This document shows, piece after piece, positions 6,022 to 12,340 of a stretch of 27,380 nucleotides of DNA (within the stretch, counting starts at the first letter, position 1; each line of letters starts with the position of its first letter). Position numbers and translations under genes: made by a program. Source of the DNA: a virus. Its lineage: Duplodnaviria > Caudoviricetes. Under the pieces are notes generated by a model that ran no database searches, was not told where the DNA came from, and saw only the letters and a program-made list of their open reading frames with translations. Location of the stretch: positions 1 to 27,380 of the IMG/VR virus record IMGVR_UViG_3300047290_000095. One strand, 5' to 3'.

Positions 6022-6239
6022 AAGCCTATCCCTTCATTCACAAGCACCCCACCACTGGCAACACCACGATGGCAGAGGGCGCAGATTTGCGTGACATATT
6101 TGCGGCAAAGGCTATGCAATCGTTGTTATCAGACTCAGGCTGGCGACAAGACATGGACTTTGATGAAACAGCTAGTGCGTCATACAGACAAGCAGACGCA
6201 ATGATGAAGGCCAGGGAGGTCAAGCATGACCAACCTTAG
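6018..6239 (+). CDS. Conserved small phage protein (LRDxFAAKAMQ type)
   Basis: AYP...G.DLRDIFAAKAMQ...SY..ADAMMKARE pattern; start at the ATGA overlap at 6018. Confidence 0.8.
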   Translation: MKAYPFIHKHPTTGNTTMAEGADLRDIFAAKAMQSLLSDSGWRQDMDFDETASASYRQADAMMKAREVKHDQP

Positions 6240-6306
6240 CATTTACATCATGGCCTTTTGTTCCCTGATTGACCTAACCATAACTGTATTGGAAAAACTA
6301 CTATGA
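6226..6306 (+). CDS. 26-aa hydrophobic micropeptide MTNLSIYIMAFCSLIDLTITVLEKLL
   Basis: GGAGGT RBS at 6215-6220; its TGA overlaps the recT-like ATG. Confidence 0.55.
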   Translation: MTNLSIYIMAFCSLIDLTITVLEKLL

Positions 6307-7160
6307 GCAACATCGTTCCACTCGCAGACATTCAGAAGATGGCAGAGGTTGCTGCCACCAGCAAGATGTTTGGGTTTAAGAACCCGCAAGAGGCTATGGC
6401 AATCATGTTGCTGTGCCAAGCAGAGAACCTGCACCCGGCAATAGCCATGCGGGATTTTCATGTCATCCAGGGCCGTCCAGCTCTGAAAGCAGATGCAATG
6501 CTTGCAAGGTTCCAGCAAGCTGGTGGAAAAGTTGAATGGAAGGTGTACACAGATGCTGAAGTTACTGGAGTATTTAGCCACCCTCAAGGCGGTTCGCTTG
6601 AGGTCACTTGGACGCTCTCCCAGGCGAAATCTATCGGTATCGCCAATAAGGATAACTGGAAGAACTATCCGCGTGCAATGCTTAGAGCACGGTGTTTATC
6701 GGAGGGTATCCGTGCGGTCTATCCGGGTTGCGTGGTTGGGGTATACACACCCGAGGAAGTACAAGACTTTGAACCCCGCAAGACAGTTGATATGGGAACA
6801 GCAGAACGTGTTGATGAAGTCTCGGAAGTTGTGGGAGTGGAAGTGGCAGATGGGGCATTTCACCTCTACGTCCCAGGCTCTGACAAACCCTACGCCAGCT
6901 ACCACAGCACAGACGAATGGATAGAGGGCTACTGCTCTCTTGTCCACCGCATCTCTGTCTCGCCTAAATTCAGCGATGAAGAGAAGGCTCTGAAGCTGTC
7001 GGCATTGCAGAGCGTAAACATAATCGTCACTGCTGAGTTTGACAGCTTCACCAACATCAAGTTGAAAGGTGAGATTGTGAAAGCTGGTGGGAGTATCAAC
7101 ACCCCAAAGTCAGAACCCCTGCCACCAACAGGTTCGGAACTCAACGAGCCAGTATTTTGA
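6303..7160 (+). CDS. recT: RecT/Red-beta-like single-strand annealing protein
   Basis: HVIQGRPAL, W...A...G....NWKNYPRAML.AR..S...R..YP....G.YTPEE motifs; next to the YqaJ-like nuclease. Confidence 0.8.
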   Translation: MSNIVPLADIQKMAEVAATSKMFGFKNPQEAMAIMLLCQAENLHPAIAMRDFHVIQGRPALKADAMLARFQQAGGKVEWKVYTDAEVTGVFSHPQGGSLEVTWTLSQAKSIGIANKDNWKNYPRAMLRARCLSEGIRAVYPGCVVGVYTPEEVQDFEPRKTVDMGTAERVDEVSEVVGVEVADGAFHLYVPGSDKPYASYHSTDEWIEGYCSLVHRISVSPKFSDEEKALKLSALQSVNIIVTAEFDSFTNIKLKGEIVKAGGSINTPKSEPLPPTGSELNEPVF

Positions 7161-7345
7161 ATCACTTGGAAAACATCGGGCCGATAACACCTAGAGAGGC
7201 ACTAGACAACTATGGCAGCTTCAGGCTTGCGGCACATATCGAATATCTCAGGCGGCAGGGATACCCAATCCACACTTCAATGGTTTCTCAAGGTGGCAAA
7301 GACTTTGCCAGTTACTCACTACGAAAGGAAAGAAATGGCCTCTAA
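7157..7345 (+). CDS. Small winged-HTH protein
   Basis: GPITPREAL..YG.FRLAAHI..LR..GY.I.T pattern; TTG start uncertain. Confidence 0.75.
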   Translation: MNHLENIGPITPREALDNYGSFRLAAHIEYLRRQGYPIHTSMVSQGGKDFASYSLRKERNGL

Positions 7346-7640
7346 TCCACATCAAGAACAACCCGGCATGGGTGTCTGCTACTGGGAGGAAGAATCCCAG
7401 CGCAAGTCACCCAAAGGCCCAGACTACAAAGGCTTTGTGGTTCTGGAAATGGACTACAAAGCAGGAGAGAAACTCAAGCTGGCTATCTGGCAAAAGCCTA
7501 CCAGCCGGGGCTATCCTTTGCTGGCGGTGAAGGAAGACAACTGGCTTAAGAAGAAGAAGCTGGAAGAGGGCAGACCTACAGAGGTCAAGCCAGCTTATGC
7601 CAAGTACAAAGATGATGACGAAAATTCGATTCCCTTTTGA
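7335..7640 (+). CDS. SSB-like protein (start moved to ATG 7335)
   Basis: AAAGGA RBS; K.PDYKG and L..W.K motifs; acidic C-terminus DDDENSIPF. Confidence 0.7.
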   Translation: MASNPHQEQPGMGVCYWEEESQRKSPKGPDYKGFVVLEMDYKAGEKLKLAIWQKPTSRGYPLLAVKEDNWLKKKKLEEGRPTEVKPAYAKYKDDDENSIPF

Positions 7641-7963
7641 TGGCAACCAAGGTTTCACCTACACAGCGTAGCCTGGCTCATTTGCGTGAGTTGGGTTACC
7701 ACGTTGAAATTGTTGAGAAGTGGAATAGCTTTACGAAACAACGAAAAGACCTGTGGGGGTGGGCTGACCTTCTCGCTATTCGCAAAGGTGAGGTGCTGGC
7801 AGTGCAGGTGACCGCCTCTGCTGTCAGTGACCGCATAAAGAAGATTATGGCCTCCGACACGTTAGCTCTTGTCAGAGATGCCGGAATCAGGATAGAAGTG
7901 CATGGCTGGCGCAAGTCAGCAAAGACCAACAAGTATGTTTTAAGAATTGAGGATATATCGTGA
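7640..7963 (+). CDS. PD-(D/E)xK-type nuclease (Holliday-junction resolvase/VRR-NUC-like)
   Basis: L...GY.VEIVE, DLWGWADLLA and AVQVT motifs; TGATG overlap. Confidence 0.75.
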   Translation: MATKVSPTQRSLAHLRELGYHVEIVEKWNSFTKQRKDLWGWADLLAIRKGEVLAVQVTASAVSDRIKKIMASDTLALVRDAGIRIEVHGWRKSAKTNKYVLRIEDIS

Positions 7964-8151
7964 ACAAAGATGAAGTTTTAAAATTGGTAAGAGAGGCTTA
8001 CAAAATTGGATTTGCCGCTAGTGGGGAAGGCTATAACGGCGAATTTCCATTTGGGGATAAACAACAGAACATGGAAGAGGATAAGAACTGGGTAGAGGGA
8101 AGAGAAATGGATTTGGAAGAAATGTTCATGGTTATTGGAGAAAACGAATGA
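7960..8151 (+). CDS. Hypothetical acidic protein (63 aa)
   Basis: GAGG RBS; GTGA and ATGA overlaps. Confidence 0.65.
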   Translation: MNKDEVLKLVREAYKIGFAASGEGYNGEFPFGDKQQNMEEDKNWVEGREMDLEEMFMVIGENE

Positions 8152-8339
8152 CACAGCAACAAATTCAACCATCTCAGAAGTCTTTGGAAAAAGGGCGTAA
8201 TGCCGTTGAGTACACTCAGAAGTTTCTGAACATGTCTCTCCAAGAAATCTGGAACATTGCATACACCTCTGGCTTTGAGGATGCGATGGAGATTGTGAAA
8301 ACAGACTCGCAGCCGGGAGCGACTTCAGCGCAAAGCTGA
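8148..8339 (+). CDS. Hypothetical protein (63 aa)
   Basis: GGAG RBS; ATGA overlap. Confidence 0.7.
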   Translation: MTQQQIQPSQKSLEKGRNAVEYTQKFLNMSLQEIWNIAYTSGFEDAMEIVKTDSQPGATSAQS

Positions 8340-8395
8340 GGGTTAGGCCTCTGCTGGCAGACCAGAGTCATCCCGACAGTCTGCCACCCCTAACC
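8302..8395 (+). ncRNA. Candidate pseudoknotted RNA element
   Basis: Hairpin 8334-8355 whose loop GTTAGG pairs CCTAAC 8389-8394; stem GGCAGAC 8356-8362 / GTCTGCC 8379-8385, whose loop pairs 8314-8324. Confidence 0.5.
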
Positions 8396-8410
8396 AACCA
8401 AGGAACACGA

Positions 8411-8881
8411 ATGGCATTTGCAAAACCAATCACGCAAGAGCGAATAGAAAAGAAGGTCTTACGCATACCAGAAGCAGGATGCTGGGTCTGGATGGGTGCA
8501 ACACAAGTGAGAGGCTATGGAGAAATTGTTTCCAACAACCGCAAGCATCTTGCTCATCGTGCGAGCTACGAGGCTTTTGTTGGGCCAATACCAAAAGGCA
8601 TGTATGTTTGTCATGCTTGCGATAACGTGGCTTGTGTCAATCCTAATCACCTATTTTTAGGAACACAGAAACAAAACTTGCAAGACATGGCAAGTAAGGG
8701 CCGTAGCACCAGGGGAGAGAAAAATCCTATGGCAAAGCTCAATGAAGACAAGGTAAGTTTTATAAAAAGAGGAATTGCTATGGGTCACAGTGACACAGGC
8801 TTATCTTTTGCCTGGGGAGTATCTAGGCAAACAATTAACGACATCAGACACAACAAACTTTGGAGCCACGTAAATGTCTAA
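8411..8881 (+). CDS. HNH homing-type endonuclease with C-terminal HTH
   Basis: GCWVW.G, GYG, AHRASY, VCHACDN.ACVNP.HLFLGT...N..DM..KGR motifs. Confidence 0.92.
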   Translation: MAFAKPITQERIEKKVLRIPEAGCWVWMGATQVRGYGEIVSNNRKHLAHRASYEAFVGPIPKGMYVCHACDNVACVNPNHLFLGTQKQNLQDMASKGRSTRGEKNPMAKLNEDKVSFIKRGIAMGHSDTGLSFAWGVSRQTINDIRHNKLWSHVNV

Positions 8882-9620
8882 AGCACACGTTTTTATCTGT
8901 ACGCCAATGTATGGCGGCATGTGTACTGGGTACTTCACCCAGTCACTGCTGACCGCCGCAGGTGTACTGCGCCAGAATGACATTGACATGAGCTTTAGCT
9001 GCATGTTTAACGAAAGCCTTATCCAGCGAGGCAGAAACGCACTTGCACACGGGTTCATGCAAAAGCAAGATGCAACCCACTTAATGTTTATAGATGCAGA
9101 TATTCGCTTCAATCCAGCAGACATTGTGAAGATGGTGGATGCAGATGTTGACGTTATCTGCGGCATCTATCCTAAGAAGGAAATCAACTGGGGAGGTGTT
9201 GAGCAAGCTGTGAAAGAGGGTGTGCCCACTGACCAGCTCAAGACACGCACAGGCTCTCTGGTGGTGAATCTGGTGGAATACCAGGGCGCTGTTACCGTGC
9301 CTGCTGACCAGCCTGTAGAGATATGGAATGGCGGTACAGGGTTCATGCTCATCAAGCGCAGTGCTATGGAGAAGCTCTCCACCCTCATGCCCAGCTATGT
9401 CAATGACGTAACCTTCCTGGACGGCACTATCAAGCAAGACCGCATCGTTGAATACTTTGCTTGCGGCATAGAACCGGGTACAGAGCGCCTGCTGTCAGAG
9501 GACTACTATTTCTGCATCAAGTGCCGTGAGCATGGCATCAAGGTGTATGCCGCACCCTGGGCAGTCTTGGGCCACTTTGGGACGTACCTCTTTGAGGGCG
9601 GCTTGCTGCCTGCGCCATGA
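8874..9620 (+). CDS. GT-A fold glycosyltransferase-like protein
   Basis: TPMYGG, NESLIQRGRN, THLMFIDADI (DxD), GTGFMLIKR and LSEDYYFC motifs. Confidence 0.8.
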   Translation: MSKAHVFICTPMYGGMCTGYFTQSLLTAAGVLRQNDIDMSFSCMFNESLIQRGRNALAHGFMQKQDATHLMFIDADIRFNPADIVKMVDADVDVICGIYPKKEINWGGVEQAVKEGVPTDQLKTRTGSLVVNLVEYQGAVTVPADQPVEIWNGGTGFMLIKRSAMEKLSTLMPSYVNDVTFLDGTIKQDRIVEYFACGIEPGTERLLSEDYYFCIKCREHGIKVYAAPWAVLGHFGTYLFEGGLLPAP

Positions 9621-10099
9621 CCAGAGCTTTAGACTTGGGATGCGGGGCTAAACCTCGCAACCATTACAAGGCTGATACGCTTATAGGGTTAGACCAGTTC
9701 CCTGTGGCTGACATACAAGCTGACCTGGTGTGGGAGGGTATTCCTCTTCAGGATAACTCTGTGGATTACGTCACGGCGTTTGACTTCATAGAGCATATCC
9801 CACGGGTTATCTATGTGGACAAGGAAACGAAGTACCCGTTTATAGACTTGATGAACGAGATATGGAGGGTGCTTGTGCCGGGTGGCCTGTTCTACTCATC
9901 CACTCCGGCATACCCGCATCCAGCGGCATTCCAAGACCCTACACATGTCAACATCATCACGCCGGATACCTGGGGTGAATACTTTGATGACAAGAAGCGG
10001 TGGGCCAGTGTGTATGGCTTTAAGGGTGCATTTCACATTGAAAGCATGTGCTACTTAAACCAGCACTTGCAGTGTGAGATGCGTAAGGTCAGCGTTTAG
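9617..10099 (+). CDS. Class I SAM-dependent methyltransferase (type 11-like)
   Basis: LDLGCG, FIEHIP, EIWRVL.PGG and FQDPTH motifs; ATGA-coupled to the glycosyltransferase. Confidence 0.88.
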   Translation: MTRALDLGCGAKPRNHYKADTLIGLDQFPVADIQADLVWEGIPLQDNSVDYVTAFDFIEHIPRVIYVDKETKYPFIDLMNEIWRVLVPGGLFYSSTPAYPHPAAFQDPTHVNIITPDTWGEYFDDKKRWASVYGFKGAFHIESMCYLNQHLQCEMRKVSV

Positions 10100-10235
10100 C
10101 AGTCTCAGCAGAGCGCCGGAAGGCTTCCTTGGTTGGATAGCCTTTCTGACCTCTCTTCTTTGCTGGCAGACCAGCAGCTCTACGCCTATTGATGTTGAAG
10201 TACAAGCCACGTTTGGCTTTAGGTGTGTATGCCAT
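10089..10235 (-). CDS. Small basic protein (48 aa, MAYTPKAKRGLYFNINRRR...), not in ORF track
   Basis: Hand translation; TAATG overlap with the upstream gene; overlaps the convergent MTase stop by 11 nt. Confidence 0.7.
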   Translation of the reverse strand: MAYTPKAKRGLYFNINRRRAAGLPAKKRGQKGYPTKEAFRRSAETAKR

Positions 10236-10465
10236 TATCTGCATCCCCAGCGTTTACGAGCTGCCTTACCACGCTCACCTGTCCAGCTCTTGCTTCTAGC
10301 GCAGAACGACTTGTGACGTGGGCCTGATTTGGTGGGAGCTTTGAGGTTGCTACCTGTGGCTCTGTTGGCTTTGGCTCTGCCTTTAGCAGTCAGACCACCA
10401 CCCTTTTTGACAGACAGCTTCTCGCCTCTGCCAACACTCAAATTGGGAAACTTCTTTCTTGCCAT
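10235..10465 (-). CDS. Small basic conserved phage protein (DUF6321-like)
   Basis: GGLTAKGRA..NRATGSNLKAP...R.KSFCAR...W.C pattern. Confidence 0.75.
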   Translation of the reverse strand: MARKKFPNLSVGRGEKLSVKKGGGLTAKGRAKANRATGSNLKAPTKSGPRHKSFCARSKSWTGERGKAARKRWGCR

Positions 10466-10803
10466 CACACATTCCTCTCAAAATGGGGCACGTCCGGCAA
10501 AGACTTGAAGTTTCCACCCCAGCGGTTGAGTGGGTTCATAGACTCCCAGAAGGAGCCTATCTCTTGGAGTGCGGCCTTGTCCCAGACTGGTTTACCGTTC
10601 TTCAGGAAGTTTAAATCAATGGCAAGACGGCGCATGTGATTGCTCTGCATGGTCTTGGTCTTGCCTTCTTTGAAATAAATCTCTTGTTGAGCCTGGGTGC
10701 GGTATAGCTCTCCAGCGGTGACAGTCCAGCCAAGTGCGGTGGCGTATTCAATCAGCTTGCAAGCATCAAGCAAGAACTTGGATTGCTCGTCTGACAGGCT
10801 CAT
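10465..10803 (-). CDS. Endolysin, peptidase M15 family (L-Ala-D-Glu peptidase-like)
   Basis: R...Q, SNH...LAID, WGGNF and D.PHFE Zn-site motifs. Confidence 0.9.
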   Translation of the reverse strand: MSLSDEQSKFLLDACKLIEYATALGWTVTAGELYRTQAQQEIYFKEGKTKTMQSNHMRRLAIDLNFLKNGKPVWDKAALQEIGSFWESMNPLNRWGGNFKSLPDVPHFERNV

Positions 10804-10967
10804 GCGTCAGGGGTGAGAGCGCCAATCAAACCAGTGACTGCCAAGCCAGCAGAGATAACCAAGTCAGCAATGCCGGGGGCAAGCGGAACGCCCAGAGCAG
10901 TCAGCAGCAAAGTGATGCCTCTCCAGGTGGAAGGCTCTTTCAGACGCTCAAGAAGGTATGACTTCAT
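10800..10967 (-). CDS. Putative holin (55 aa, 2 TM; MKSYLLERLKEPSTWRGITLLL...), not in ORF track
   Basis: GAGG RBS; two hydrophobic segments; ATGA-coupled to the endolysin. Confidence 0.7.
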   Translation of the reverse strand: MKSYLLERLKEPSTWRGITLLLTALGVPLAPGIADLVISAGLAVTGLIGALTPDA

Positions 10968-10974
10968 GGTTTCC

Positions 10975-11205
10975 TCACTTGTGAAAAAAGTTAGAGAAAT
11001 ATCCGATTACGCTTGAGATAGCAGACACAAGAGCCATACCAGCCCAGAATCCACCACGACCTTGATTTGCAAGGGCAACCAGATGAGCAAGCTGGTCTTC
11101 CATCTTGTCCATCTTCTTGTCCATGTCATCAAAACGGCGTTCATAATCTTCGACCTTTTGCCAAAGAACTCCATATTTGACCAAATCAATTTCTGGTGTA
11201 CCCAT
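10975..11205 (-). CDS. Coiled-coil plus single-TM protein (XhlA/holin-accessory-like)
   Basis: Heptad MDKKMDKM region, then a C-terminal TM; sits in the lysis cassette. Confidence 0.7.
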   Translation of the reverse strand: MGTPEIDLVKYGVLWQKVEDYERRFDDMDKKMDKMEDQLAHLVALANQGRGGFWAGMALVSAISSVIGYFSNFFHK

Positions 11206-11559
11206 TTATCCTAAACCCTCTCCAGGCGTGAAGTATGCTTCACCTGTAGTTGATTCTGTGATGAATGCAATGTACAGAGGAGTAGCGGAAAACTGTGTGG
11301 GAACCGTATACACAATTTGATTGCCAGGAGAGACAACCAAAGAGTATTGCGGATTGCCAGCAGTGGGTGCTGTACAGGTCACAGATGAGTTTGAGCTGAC
11401 CACAAAGTAGACAGGCTTGCCACCAGCTTGGGATTCATGGCTGGACACCAGCAACTGATTGCAGGGGCTATCCGCAGTGATGGTGATGCGCTGGCTGGTG
11501 GTGGTGGCGTTGGCTTGATACGTTTTCCCCATCGCCTGAAAAGCAATGTTATTAGCCAT
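11206..11559 (-). CDS. Beta-rich putative virion protein (117 aa; start moved to 11559)
   Basis: TGATG overlap; MANNIAFQAMGKT...YFTPGEG; resembles 19882-20217. Confidence 0.75.
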   Translation of the reverse strand: MANNIAFQAMGKTYQANATTTSQRITITADSPCNQLLVSSHESQAGGKPVYFVVSSNSSVTCTAPTAGNPQYSLVVSPGNQIVYTVPTQFSATPLYIAFITESTTGEAYFTPGEGLG

Positions 11560-11774
11560 CAGTACACCTTCTTGCCACCGCCAGAAGTGGGAGACTCTTT
11601 GCGGGTGAAATAGTCGTTGGGCTGGTTGTTCTTGAAGTTCCACACAGCCTGGAAACCACCAGCAGGCAGTTTCCCAGGGGTGAATTCACCAGGAGATGAC
11701 AGCTTGTTCTCGATGATGCCCGTGCCAATTTTGGGGGCGCACTTTACAGATTTAACCTTGGGAATCATGTCCAT
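11559..11774 (-). CDS. Hypothetical protein (71 aa)
   Basis: AAGGAG RBS; overlap-coupled to the next gene. Confidence 0.7.
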   Translation of the reverse strand: MDMIPKVKSVKCAPKIGTGIIENKLSSPGEFTPGKLPAGGFQAVWNFKNNQPNDYFTRKESPTSGGGKKVY

Positions 11775-11964
11775 GCTTACTCTCCTTGATGTTTACCAGT
11801 AGGAAACTGAATACTACGAATATAGCCAGTGTCGCAACTCTTGTCCACTCCGGCTCCCACATTGTCCAACACCCCAGCGCAAACGAAGTCAGCAGCGCCA
11901 AGATGCTGATAAGCCTGTCTGTGATGATTGCAAGGGCAACTTTGATGATTTGGATTCCGTCCAT
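11752..11964 (-). CDS. Small two-TM membrane protein (70 aa)
   Basis: AAGGAG RBS; two hydrophobic helices. Confidence 0.75.
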   Translation of the reverse strand: MDGIQIIKVALAIITDRLISILALLTSFALGCWTMWEPEWTRVATLAIFVVFSFLLVNIKESKHGHDSQG

Positions 11965-11996
11965 GATTACTCCTTAATGTCGGGATAATCATATTA

Positions 11997-12206
11997 TCAC
12001 TTATCCTCATCATCATCTACATCCATAAACCCTGCACCCCATTCGGAGTCAGAGTCTTTGAGCTTCAAGGCCTCTAGCTTCAGAGCACGGTCAGCCACCC
12101 GCATCTTGTCGGTGATGGTGGCAGTGGGGTCAGCCATGACCTGCCGGAGAAGCTCGTTTAAGGCCTTCTCCAGCTCTGGATTGATGCCCTTGGCTTTCTT
12201 GCTCAT
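11997..12206 (-). CDS. Hypothetical helical protein (69 aa)
   Basis: ATGA overlap; acidic tail. Confidence 0.75.
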   Translation of the reverse strand: MSKKAKGINPELEKALNELLRQVMADPTATITDKMRVADRALKLEALKLKDSDSEWGAGFMDVDDDEDK

Positions 12207-12340
12207 CGTTTGTTCTTACGCCCGGTCTTGGTGACTTTGCGGTCAAGCTGGCGCTTAATCTTCATCGCATCTGCGCTACCCCGAAGTTCGTTCTCGCCAC
12301 CCTCACGGGCCTGACGTTGCTCTTTAGTTTCTGTTGCCAT
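12203..12340 (-). CDS. Small charged protein (45 aa, MATETKEQRQAREGG...), not in ORF track
   Basis: TGATG and ATGA overlaps on both sides; fills the gap exactly. Confidence 0.7.
   Translation of the reverse strand: MATETKEQRQAREGGENELRGSADAMKIKRQLDRKVTKTGRKNKR

Noticed and set aside
8338-8395. Pistol ribozyme (similar P1 loop and pseudoknot)
   Set aside because: The A-rich J1/2 linker and the P3 stem with its cleavage-site junction are not evident.
8302-8881. Structured RNA plus HNH as a HEARO/IscB-like RNA-guided nuclease
   Set aside because: The protein is a 156-aa ordinary HNH with an HTH, without RuvC segments or an Arg-rich bridge helix, and the RNA element is only ~95 nt.
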